Positions 9,382 to 18,232 of a stretch of DNA of 64,000 nt are shown here, piece by piece. Numbering within the stretch: position 1 is the first letter of the stretch; each line of letters starts with the position of its first letter. The notes beneath the pieces are model-generated. The model was not told the origin of the DNA. It did no database searches and saw nothing but the letters and a program-made list of their open reading frames with translations. The position numbers and the translations under genes are program-made. The stretch is from Candidatus Poribacteria bacterium. Its GTDB lineage: Bacteria; Poribacteria; WGA-4E; WGA-3G. The stretch covers positions 4,992,001 to 5,056,000 of the forward strand of contig OZ240248.1 in assembly GCA_965198235.1 (NCBI GenBank), read 5' to 3'.

Positions 9382-10667
9382 TGGGCTTAATAATTGGCAT
9401 TGGATTGGTGGGATTCGCGCTTTTCGGCGGTGCACTTTTCGCCTTACTGGGTGGGGCTTCGATTATCGGATACGCTACAGCGGGCGAACCGATTTCAACA
9501 ATTCTGATCGATTTCAATCGGCTCACACGGAACTCGACTATTTTGATTATCCCGCTCTTCACTTTTGCGGGGTATATAGTCGCTGAAGGGAAGGCACCCC
9601 AACGGTTGGTTGCGTTTGCGCGCGCGAGTGTTGGTTGGCTACCGGGTGGTATTGCTGTCGTCGTGCTCTTTACGTGTGCGTTCTTTACAACTTTCACAGG
9701 TGCATCCGGCATAACGATTATCGCCCTCGGTGGATTGCTCTATCCAATTCTGCGGCAGACGTATAATGAAAGATTTTCACTCGGCTTGGTGACGGCTTCT
9801 GGGAGTATAGGGTTGTTGTTTCCTCCGAGTGTCCCACTTATCCTTTACGCGATTATCGCCCAAGTCCGTATCGACAGGATGTTCCTTGCAGGTATTTTCC
9901 CCGGGATTCTTATTCTCGTTATACTGAGCTTTTATAGTTGCGGGTGGAGTCTCTTCAAACGGACTGAGACAACTCCGTTTGATTGGAGAGTTTTCCTGCG
10001 AACGCTCTGGGAAGCGAAGTGGGAACTGCTGCTGCCGTTTATTGTGTTGGGTGGTATCGTATCCGGTAAAGTTACACTGGACGAAGCGGCTGCGCTAACA
10101 GCTATCTATGCCTGTGTCGTGGAGGTTGGCATCCACCGTTCCATTTCGTTGAGAGTGTTGCCGCGTATCGTCAAAGAGAGTACGTTGCTTGTAGGCGCAA
10201 TCCTCATCATTCTCGGTATCGCTTTAGGGTTGACAAACTACCTAATCACGCTTGACGTGCCTACGGCTGTCCTTGACTGGATTCAGTCAACAACGGAAAG
10301 CCGCGTCATCACACTTATTGGGCTCAATATTTTCCTACTGATTGTTGGGTGTCTGATGGACATCTTTTCGGCGGTGATTATTGTTGTGCCGTTGCTGCTT
10401 CCTATCGCTGAACAATTTGGTATTGACAAGGCGCATCTCGGTATTATTGTTTTAACGAACCTTGAAATCGGTTATTTGACACCGCCAGTCGGAATGAACC
10501 TGTTTATTTCAAGCATGAAGTTTGATCGGTCTGTCCTGTTGCTTTACCGCTCTGTGCTATTGTTCATTGCATTGCTGCTCGTAGCGCTCATATTGGTGAC
10601 GTATGTCCCAGAGTTGAGTCTGTGGCTACCGGAAGCTCTTGGGAAAACATCTCAACCGCTTTTGTAA
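9381..10667 (+). CDS. TRAP transporter large permease (DctM)
   Basis: IPLFTFAG, GSIGLLFPPS, IGYLTPPVGMNLF, PELSLWLP. Confidence 0.92.
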   Translation: MGLIIGIGLVGFALFGGALFALLGGASIIGYATAGEPISTILIDFNRLTRNSTILIIPLFTFAGYIVAEGKAPQRLVAFARASVGWLPGGIAVVVLFTCAFFTTFTGASGITIIALGGLLYPILRQTYNERFSLGLVTASGSIGLLFPPSVPLILYAIIAQVRIDRMFLAGIFPGILILVILSFYSCGWSLFKRTETTPFDWRVFLRTLWEAKWELLLPFIVLGGIVSGKVTLDEAAALTAIYACVVEVGIHRSISLRVLPRIVKESTLLVGAILIILGIALGLTNYLITLDVPTAVLDWIQSTTESRVITLIGLNIFLLIVGCLMDIFSAVIIVVPLLLPIAEQFGIDKAHLGIIVLTNLEIGYLTPPVGMNLFISSMKFDRSVLLLYRSVLLFIALLLVALILVTYVPELSLWLPEALGKTSQPLL

Positions 10668-10679
10668 ATTCAGCAAAAT

Positions 10680-10716
10680 AAATAAGTCTGGTGATAGAAT
10701 CACCAGACTTATTTTT
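10680..10716. terminator. Bidirectional rho-independent terminator
   Basis: Perfect inverted repeat AAATAAGTCTGGTGAT-aga-ATCACCAGACTTATTT with A/T tracts, between convergent genes. Confidence 0.8.
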
Positions 10717-10784
10717 AATATTTGTGCTGTAATAATACAGTTTGAATACCGGTATTCAGTAACAGGGCTGATTCAGCTGCAGAG

Positions 10785-11579
10785 TTATTTTCTTTCTTTC
10801 AGTTCACCCCATGTAACAGCCAGTTTTCCCGCCGCTTCGACATCCAAACTAATATCCATCATCTCGTTAATCTCATTTTCGTCAAGGGCACGTTGCCAAA
10901 ATGAAATCTCGTCAATAATCCCCTCAGCACCGTTTGTCATCGCGACATATTTGATCGTTTCCCAACCGAATCTCGGTTTTTCATGCAGGGCAGGGAAGCC
11001 ACCGGTAATTTTACGACTGTTCGCTGCTTCTTTACCGTCGATGTAGAGGAAGGGAACTTCACCGGCGAAATCCCATGTCACAGCACAGTGAAACCACACA
11101 TCTTTTTTGATGATGCCTGTCGGGTCGAATTCAATATCTTGCCAATCTGCGTCATCGGCGGCTTCAAAATAGAATCCGAAGTCTTCGGGGTTGATGTCAG
11201 CGTGATTCGCTCCCTTGGAGACGAAGAAGTAGATAGGTCCGAAACTGGCATCAAAGATGCGATAATCGTCGCCATCCTTGCCATCCCAATCCGGTTTGAA
11301 CCAGAAGAGCAGACTGCCTGCCTCGGTGATAACGTTGGGGACTTCCATGAAAGCCTCTGCGCCTCTCAGGGAAATTCCGGCGGCATATTTGCCTTCGCCA
11401 GCCACCCATTTTGCCGCGCCGCTAAACGCTCCATCGTTTCCGTTACCTGTACCATCAATTGCTTTGTTTCCACTACCTTCGCCGATCCACAAGAGCAGAT
11501 CCTTATCGCCGGGGATTCCTGCGAATGAAGAAGAGATGGCAAATACACTGATAAACAGAATCAAGTAAATCTGTCTCAT
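10785..11579 (-). CDS. Secreted LamG-like protein with TWG tail
   Basis: Signal peptide, WFHCAVTWD, GIIDEISFWQRAL, tail VEAAGKLAVTWGELK. Confidence 0.85.
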   Translation of the reverse strand: MRQIYLILFISVFAISSSFAGIPGDKDLLLWIGEGSGNKAIDGTGNGNDGAFSGAAKWVAGEGKYAAGISLRGAEAFMEVPNVITEAGSLLFWFKPDWDGKDGDDYRIFDASFGPIYFFVSKGANHADINPEDFGFYFEAADDADWQDIEFDPTGIIKKDVWFHCAVTWDFAGEVPFLYIDGKEAANSRKITGGFPALHEKPRFGWETIKYVAMTNGAEGIIDEISFWQRALDENEINEMMDISLDVEAAGKLAVTWGELKERK

Positions 11580-11643
11580 GACCTCTTATTAACCTCCCAA
11601 TGTTCAAATTTTGAGAGGATTGTAGCAGAAATCATAAATTAAG

Positions 11644-11901
11644 TCAATTGCTTTTCTTTCGCTCTGTGGTTTCTTGTTCAGGAGATGTCTCTGGCGCAGC
11701 TTTCTGCGTCGCTCTCACAGCTCCTGCCCCGTGTAAGAGTCGTTTTGGAACTGGTTGTGGTTGCGATGATACTGGACTTAATTTTGGACGGGGTCGAAAC
11801 TGTGGAAGCGGTCCCGGTGGCTCGTAAGTCGTATGTATTGGGCGTTGGCCTATTGAATGCCCAATGACGTGTTCTCTGTTTTCAACGGGTTGCTCTTTCA
11901 T
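11644..11901 (-). CDS. Small Pro-rich hypothetical protein
   Basis: ATGA overlap with the upstream gene suggests translational coupling; no recognisable motif. Confidence 0.4.
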   Translation of the reverse strand: MKEQPVENREHVIGHSIGQRPIHTTYEPPGPLPQFRPRPKLSPVSSQPQPVPKRLLHGAGAVRATQKAAPETSPEQETTERKKSN

Positions 11902-12428
11902 ACAATCATATCTCCCATCTGTTGGTTCAACTTTTCTTGAACCTTCTGGCGGTGTCTACGCGTCAAAAGAAAATCGTCCTTTAGCATTTGCGAACCCACC
12001 AATAACCACTCTCGGTACTGTTCAAATGTGGTTTTGAATTGCTCTAATGGGAAGTCGGGATTGGCTTCCATTTCGTAGATAAACCGCTCCAGATTGAGGC
12101 GTAAGCTCTTAAAATACTGCGCATTGTGACTCAAATCTGCGACACGGTCCGAAACCTTAAGAATAACATGCAGAAGTGCAAAAAAGGCAGCACATCCTGC
12201 GATGAGTAGCCACGTTACTTTTCCTGCTGGTGTGCCCCATGCCATCCATCCGACCATGACTGAGGCGATAGTGGCGACAGTCACGGTGCTTTTGATGACT
12301 CCGTCTACGGGTCTCCACATTTGAAGTGCTGAAGTCATGAGGCTTTCGGTGTAAGCAACGCGGTAGAAGGTTTCAAGTGATGTCTGCCAGAGAAGGTCTT
12401 TCTGATAGTCTGCAGCTGTCCTGTCCAT
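11898..12428 (-). CDS. Two-TM membrane protein, SLATT-like
   Basis: Two adjacent hydrophobic helices followed by a helical cytoplasmic tail (SDRVADLSHNAQYFKSLRLNLERF); AAGGAG upstream of ATG 12428. Confidence 0.55.
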   Translation of the reverse strand: MDRTAADYQKDLLWQTSLETFYRVAYTESLMTSALQMWRPVDGVIKSTVTVATIASVMVGWMAWGTPAGKVTWLLIAGCAAFFALLHVILKVSDRVADLSHNAQYFKSLRLNLERFIYEMEANPDFPLEQFKTTFEQYREWLLVGSQMLKDDFLLTRRHRQKVQEKLNQQMGDMIV

Positions 12429-12678
12429 TATATGGATCTCCTTTGGGGAATGCATTCCGTTACAGTAGTAGGTACCTTGTGTGCAATCACATAGGTTTAA
12501 TATGTTATTAGGTAACGAAAGAATTAGGAATTCGGTAACAGACTTTTTAATTTTCCTTGCGGTTAAATGAAGTGGGTCAGTACATTAACACCCTTCGCTT
12601 TAGAGTCGCCCTCCATTTCATTACGGGCTTGCGATCTTGGGCCAAGAAGACAGAGGAATAGTTTCGATCAATTCACGG

Positions 12679-13821
12679 TTACACACGGTAATGCTTTAGC
12701 AGTTCCCAGTTCGGAACAAAGCCGATACCGGGGCGAGTTGGAACTGTGACATGTCCGTCGGATTCTAAAACCATCGTTGGGAGAAACATTTCGCCTCGTA
12801 ATGGGTCAACGGCGGGCGGGTAATACTCTAACATCAAACCGTTATCTCGACTTGCAGCGATATGGATTTGCAATTCTTGTGCCCCGTGCGGGGCAATTGA
12901 CTTTTCGGCTGTCAATGCTTCTTCTACGACCTGCAATGCCGGCTCATAGCCAGGGAGGATGGCGACATCCAGATTGAAAACGTCCGCGCCTTCATAATCA
13001 ATGAGGATTTGGAAATAGTGTAACCCGTATCCGTTTTCTCCGGTGGCAATTTGTATCCCATAATCTTGTGCTATTTCGCGCAGTGCCTTGTGTCCTCTGT
13101 AATCGTGGCTGTGGATTGGTTCTTCAAACCAGAAAATGTCGTTCGCCTGAAGCGCAGGAAGGCATTCGCACGCCTTTTCAACCGACCATGCACAATTCGC
13201 GTCCACCATTAGGGTTGTATCGGGACCGACGGTTTCGCGGACCGCCTCAATCCGTTTGATGTCCATTTCAAGTCCTGCCTCTGGATCCCCAATCTTCATC
13301 TTGACTGCGGTAGCATTGAATTCGTTTATGTTGCGCGCCATTTCCTCGCGAAGTTCATCAAACCCCTTACCTCTACCGTAATAGCCACCGGCAATGTATG
13401 TGCGGATACGTTCTTGCGTGCCGCCAAGTAGCGCGTGAACGGATTTTTCTTCTATTTTCCCGCGGATATCCCAACACGCTTGATTTATCGCTGCCAAAAC
13501 CTGCGTATGATAGCCGCCGGGTCCGTAGATTTTGTAGTTCTCGGCTAACCGCGAGACGTAAGCCGTATCCGTTACATCGCGCCCAATCAAGGTGGGACGG
13601 AACAAATCTACAAACATTGGGAACAGATGGAGGGGACGGGTCGCAGCGGTTCCACCATTGAAGCCGTATCCGACTAAGGTGTCAATTCCATTTTGGGCGG
13701 TAACTTTTATCAGATGGAGCCTACCTTTATCGTAGACATGCATCCCGTTCCAAATCGGTGGCTTGTCCCATTCGTAAAGTTCGCTTTCAATGGCAACGAT
13801 TTTGAAAGAGTGTGGAGGCAT
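12679..13821 (-). CDS. Mandelate racemase/muconate lactonising enzyme family (enolase superfamily)
   Basis: ACWDIRGK, KMKIG, MVDAN, WFEEP, ATGEN. Confidence 0.9.
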   Translation of the reverse strand: MPPHSFKIVAIESELYEWDKPPIWNGMHVYDKGRLHLIKVTAQNGIDTLVGYGFNGGTAATRPLHLFPMFVDLFRPTLIGRDVTDTAYVSRLAENYKIYGPGGYHTQVLAAINQACWDIRGKIEEKSVHALLGGTQERIRTYIAGGYYGRGKGFDELREEMARNINEFNATAVKMKIGDPEAGLEMDIKRIEAVRETVGPDTTLMVDANCAWSVEKACECLPALQANDIFWFEEPIHSHDYRGHKALREIAQDYGIQIATGENGYGLHYFQILIDYEGADVFNLDVAILPGYEPALQVVEEALTAEKSIAPHGAQELQIHIAASRDNGLMLEYYPPAVDPLRGEMFLPTMVLESDGHVTVPTRPGIGFVPNWELLKHYRV

Positions 13822-13827
13822 TATCTT

Positions 13828-15048
13828 TTACTGTCCCTCCGTTATTAGTGGCGGTTTTGCGGCGAAAATTGTCAAACGCAATTCCTCGTCAAATAGTTCG
13901 TATAGAGGTGTTTTTCCGCTCAGGGTTTCGCTTTCGTTCAAGATGATGCCGACACCTTCCCCTCGGCGTTCTAAAAAATGTCGTCGAGTTACCTGTCTCC
14001 GCATGTTGTCGTCGAGTGTAATTTCCGAAAGCAGGCGTGCAAGGAGTTCGTTGCGTGTAGCTTGACTGTAGCGTAGGTTGTCTACCGTCACTGTATTTGC
14101 CAATGCTCCCGGTGAATAAAGTTCCAGTCGGTCATCAAACATAAACAGCCGTATTTTTGATCCCGTTTTTGAATAATCTCTATGCACAACGGCGTTGACG
14201 ATCGCCTCAAACACGGCGCGCATGCTGTATTCGGGGTAATCTATTCTGCCGATGTCCTTTCGCGCGGCGACTGCATTGTATCTTTCAACAAATCTCATGG
14301 TATTTATGATTTGTTGGTCCAATGGTCCCTTAAAGTCCTTAGCATCAAGTTGGTAATTCGCGTCCCTTTCCTTACTGAGATAAAAAACGGCTTGGATGAA
14401 ACTGTTGTAAAGGTAGTCATCAGGGGTATCATGACACATCAAGACACCGGCTACAGAGGCACGGATTTCCTGACCTTCCTTGACGAGCAGATGTCTTTTC
14501 AGCAGTAAGTCATCTATCTCATCTTCTGTGGCACCTTCTGTGATAAATCGTTGATAGAGGTCTTTCCTTAATGTGCCTTTATGCGTGTTCGGCACGAACT
14601 GTTCATCGAAAGTGATAATACGCGCCTGCGATCGAGTTTGGAACAGCCGTGCTAACTGCTCGGTGGGCATTTCCCTTTTGCTACTTCCTTGGCGAACAAA
14701 GTAACCGTTAGAGGTTTTGTGGACAAACAGACTCCTCGGCACCTCTATTTTTAACAGATTTTTGTCATTAATCCGCAGTTTTTCTGTAAAGATGAGAACT
14801 ATCGGATCAATGCTGTCTTGGCATATTTCGACGACTGCTTTCTCCACATCACCCAGTTCTTGCCGGTCAATCCCGATGATTTCACCATCGTTATCAACTC
14901 CAATGAGGATCACCCCCCCTTTGGCGTTGGCAAAAGCGGCGATCTCGTCGGCCAGGCTATTTCTGTGCGGCAGCTCTCTTTTGAATTCAATCGTTGCATC
15001 TTCGCCGAGATATATTTTTTCTATGAGTTCAGTCAAACTGTCAAACAT
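13828..15048 (-). CDS. AlbA_2/Schlafen domain plus HATPase_c_4 (RecG-C-like) protein
   Basis: GEDATIEFK, IAAFANAKGGVILIGV, EAIVNAVVHRDY, YSPGAL, ERRGEGV. Confidence 0.85.
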   Translation of the reverse strand: MFDSLTELIEKIYLGEDATIEFKRELPHRNSLADEIAAFANAKGGVILIGVDNDGEIIGIDRQELGDVEKAVVEICQDSIDPIVLIFTEKLRINDKNLLKIEVPRSLFVHKTSNGYFVRQGSSKREMPTEQLARLFQTRSQARIITFDEQFVPNTHKGTLRKDLYQRFITEGATEDEIDDLLLKRHLLVKEGQEIRASVAGVLMCHDTPDDYLYNSFIQAVFYLSKERDANYQLDAKDFKGPLDQQIINTMRFVERYNAVAARKDIGRIDYPEYSMRAVFEAIVNAVVHRDYSKTGSKIRLFMFDDRLELYSPGALANTVTVDNLRYSQATRNELLARLLSEITLDDNMRRQVTRRHFLERRGEGVGIILNESETLSGKTPLYELFDEELRLTIFAAKPPLITEGQ

Positions 15049-15110
15049 CGCTAATTATTCAGGAGTAGTGGACAATAGTGAACTATGCACCTTTAAATTG
15101 TGAGAAGAAT

Positions 15111-15172
15111 GGTTCGTAGTGAGGCGATTTATCGCCTCTATCAAGGCGCAATGAATTGCGCCACTACAAACA
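15111..15172. repeat. GTAG-type REP doublet (REPIN-like)
   Basis: GTAG-TGAGGCGATTTATCGCCTC ... GGCGCAATGAATTGCGCC-ACTAC; related copies at 25585-25662 and 45302-45370. Confidence 0.7.
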
Positions 15173-15458
15173 AATCCTAATTTTAGACTGGACAGTCCAG
15201 TAGTGGTTCAATTCTGGAAGACAGAATAGACGCTGAATAGAACAGCATTCTTGGGCACGAGAAAGCCTTAGTCTTGCTGGTTTGCGTATGCAATTGCAAT
15301 ATTATAACACAAAAATCGGAAATGCGTGAATCCTAATTCGTTTTTCATTTTTTTTAAGCCTTTTTTTGTGAATTCAGTCTAAGGATTCATTATTTGTACC
15401 GAGCGCACGTTTTTTACGTTAAATTCCCGTAAATTGGAAGTGTTTAGAGGAGTTTGGA

Positions 15459-15696
15459 ATGTCGAAATTGACAAGGGAAAGTGTCGTAAAACTGGTAAAT
15501 GTGAGAAAGACTGCCCTCTACAATGCGATGGGATGTCGGCACGGTAGTATTCACTATAGACGTTCAAAGTCGGAAAATAATCGACATAGCAGCATTGCAA
15601 CGCTCCTATGGTATGCTATCAGCGCGCTTCCCAGACGAAAATAATGGAAAGAAGCGAGGTTCGGAAACCCCGCTAACAAGTAGCGCAATGGGTTTG
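15459..15696 (+). pseudogene. Frameshifted HTH DNA-binding protein remnant
   Basis: GAGGAG RBS, then MSKLTRESVVKLVNVRKTALYNAM; removing one G of GGG (15530-15532) continues as DVGTVVFTIDVQSRKIIDIAALQRSYG, an excisionase/plasmid-type HTH pattern. Confidence 0.5.
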
Positions 15697-16377
15697 TCAA
15701 TTCAGTGTTTCAATCCATTCACTGAGCACCCGTGCCATCTCTACGAAAACGTCTTCTTCCGTTTTGCGCGAGCGTTTTAGTACTTTGAACCCGTGATCCG
15801 CCGTATCCAGTAGATGTAAGGTCGCCTTGTCGCCAAGGTTTTCGCAGACTGGAGCTAACAGGTCGAGGACCGCCAATTTGTCGCGGGTACCGGACAGGAA
15901 CAGCATCGGCACGGTAACATCGTCAAGATGCTCTGCGCGTTCCGTTCCCTCTCTTCCAGAAGGGTGTAGCGGGAAGGCGAAGAATACGAGACCTCGGACG
16001 TGTTCGATCGGGGCTTCTGCGGCTGTGAGCGAAGACATACGTCCACTATAGGAATGTCCCCCAACGAGAATTGATAAATTATTGGCAGCCTCGTGTGCAG
16101 CTGCAACCGCAGATCGCACTGTTGCCAGAGCCACGGCTTGCGATTCCCTCCCACCGCCGCCACGTTCCATGTAAGGGAACTGATAACGGAATGTGGCGAT
16201 TCCTATATCTGCCAACCGTTCAGCGATTGTCTGGAGTGTTGAATGTCTCATAGTCGTACCTGCGCCGTGTCCGAGCACCAACAGCCATTTCGCGTCGTCT
16301 GGAAGTATCAGTATTGAGGAGACCTCGCCTTTTTCTGGCGTTGCGATGAACTTCGATTCAATTGTTTCATAACTCAT
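15697..16377 (-). CDS. Alpha/beta hydrolase (KANL3/Tex30-like)
   Basis: HGAG, GGHSYSGR nucleophile elbow, FPLHP, GTRD, ADHGF. Confidence 0.88.
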   Translation of the reverse strand: MSYETIESKFIATPEKGEVSSILILPDDAKWLLVLGHGAGTTMRHSTLQTIAERLADIGIATFRYQFPYMERGGGGRESQAVALATVRSAVAAAHEAANNLSILVGGHSYSGRMSSLTAAEAPIEHVRGLVFFAFPLHPSGREGTERAEHLDDVTVPMLFLSGTRDKLAVLDLLAPVCENLGDKATLHLLDTADHGFKVLKRSRKTEEDVFVEMARVLSEWIETLN

Positions 16378-16403
16378 TTTCTACACCTCTCAAATCAAAA
16401 TAC

Positions 16404-16660
16404 TTGACATACTCCCACAACTAAAGCAGTGGGAGTCTGAGAGAATCCATCGCTTTTCTGTGTGGATTGTGGGGTTCCGACTTCGGATGAAGCCTACGAA
16501 AGTTGCTTGCGATCACAAGTCTGACACCTTCTAACCCAAAGGTTGATGCCCCAACCTTGAGAATGTTTATCGCAGCGTTTACGTCGCGATGATGTTTTCG
16601 TTTGCAACCGCTACACTGCCACTTGCGAACCTCTAAGTCTATCAGCATATTAACGTGGTT
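16404..16660 (-). mobile_element. tnpB 3' remnant with intact IS200/IS605 right end
   Basis: WQCSGC..HHRDVNAAINILKVG; right-end hairpin CTCCCACTGCTTTAGTTGTGGGAG followed by TATG-TCAA (16407-16404); DNA similar to the 3' end of tnpB at ~1729-1777. Confidence 0.8.
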
Positions 16661-16661
16661 T

Positions 16662-17300
16662 TTATCCGGCACTTAAACACTGCTGCACAATATCTCGGTA
16701 GGTTTCTAATCCGACTGTCTTCAACCCTTTCACCTTTGCGAGATCGTCCCATCGCCGTAAGCTGAGCGCGTCTCGGAAATGGGGGATCTGTTCAAAGGCG
16801 TTTCGCTCCTCATCCGACAGGATACCCCCTTGGAGTTTGAGACTCCTTTTTGATGCCTCGGATAACCCGTCATAGTAAGATGCATCGGTTGTACACAAGT
16901 ACCTTTTCGCCGGAACGTGCAGCCGGACCGGTGTTGTAACCGCTTCTGGAAAAAAGGGTTCCAGATACTGCGCGCCGACCTCCTCATGAGTCAGATCCGT
17001 GTCGAGAAAGGCTTTATCAGCATTATGTTCATCTAAGATGATATGCCCGATGTCGTGGAGTAATGCGCCCGTAATCAGCGTGGGACTTGCGTCGTTCCGA
17101 TGTGCGAGGGCGGCGCATTGGAGCGCGTGCTCTAACTGCGTCACGACTTCATCGTAGAACGATTGCCCGCGTTTTTCCATATAACTGAACAGCGTGCCAA
17201 TCTTTTGTTCTGCTGTCCCACTTCTCATTTTCTGCGCGAGACTTGGATCAATGTACTTTTCAATGTCGCTTGAAAGCAGAGATTTGTTATCAAAAGTCAT
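16662..17300 (-). CDS. phnZ: HD-domain oxygenase, PhnZ/TmpB-like
   Basis: VTQLEHALQCA, LLHDIGH, HEEVGA, LHVPAKRYLC, SLKLQGG, LRRWDDLAK. Confidence 0.8.
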   Translation of the reverse strand: MTFDNKSLLSSDIEKYIDPSLAQKMRSGTAEQKIGTLFSYMEKRGQSFYDEVVTQLEHALQCAALAHRNDASPTLITGALLHDIGHIILDEHNADKAFLDTDLTHEEVGAQYLEPFFPEAVTTPVRLHVPAKRYLCTTDASYYDGLSEASKRSLKLQGGILSDEERNAFEQIPHFRDALSLRRWDDLAKVKGLKTVGLETYRDIVQQCLSAG

Positions 17301-18075
17301 GATTCACCGATTTCCCTTGAAAATGTGCGATTTTGCTAATTTGTTTGTCCCGGTTTGAGCCATCTTTTGCGTATTGCAAGAAAGCCTGCCGTTTGTCTGC
17401 GTAATACTGCTCACGCCAGTCGCCTTGGGAACTGGCGTTGTAGGTGAGATAGATAATTCGTCTCGGTTGGTCTGAACGGTTTGTAGGACTCTTGTGCGGG
17501 ATGTACGATCCGAAGAGGAGAATATCCCCCGGATCTGTCGGTACGGCGACCCACTCCATCGTCGAAGCGGTTTCAGGGGCGACACACCCCTTTTCGTCCA
17601 ATGCGATGAACCCTTCTTGGTGTCTGCCTGCGGCAAAAGAGAGGCAGCCGCTTTCCGGAGTCGCTGAATCCACCGAAATTAGACAGGTGATATGGAAGTT
17701 GACGAACTCGTAAGCGGGCGCGTCCTGATGCGCCGCGTAGCCACCGCCGCCGGGATACTTGTAATTGATTTTCTCTTTGTAGAGCACCGCTGGTTCTTCC
17801 ATCAACTCGGAAACGACATCTAACACTTTGCCACGCGTCACGGTGGCTTTCATACCGGTGTGGTACGGCACAAAATTTTCTGAACGAGAGAGTCGCGCAC
17901 CATCCCGTGTAGATTCGTAGTGATGCATCCACTTATCGGGTGTCGGTTCCCAACCCGAAATTTCAGAGACCCACGCCTGTAGATCGTCCACCTCTTCAGT
18001 GGAGAAGAAGCCCAGAACTTTCAAGTAGCCGTTGGTTTTCCAATCTCGGTGGAGTTCGGAATTAAGGTAAGACAT
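17290..18075 (-). CDS. Fe(II)/2-oxoglutarate dioxygenase (PhyH family), PhnY-like
   Basis: LYKEKINYKYPGGGGYAAHQD (HxD), PGDILLF, PHKS..N...R; start at ATG 18075 after GAGG; overlaps phnZ by 11 nt. Confidence 0.82.
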   Translation of the reverse strand: MSYLNSELHRDWKTNGYLKVLGFFSTEEVDDLQAWVSEISGWEPTPDKWMHHYESTRDGARLSRSENFVPYHTGMKATVTRGKVLDVVSELMEEPAVLYKEKINYKYPGGGGYAAHQDAPAYEFVNFHITCLISVDSATPESGCLSFAAGRHQEGFIALDEKGCVAPETASTMEWVAVPTDPGDILLFGSYIPHKSPTNRSDQPRRIIYLTYNASSQGDWREQYYADKRQAFLQYAKDGSNRDKQISKIAHFQGKSVNHDF

Positions 18076-18232
18076 AATCCTCTTCTTTGCGAATAATCCT
18101 GTTGTTCTGCAAGTATAGCGTGCAGGCACTCTTTTGTCAAATTTTAGGGGTTTTGGTGCGGATCCGTTCAAAAAGGAGTGCGCATGCGACCTCCCAAGGA
18201 GTTCGGAGGCCGCACCAATTGGATTAAGGAGT

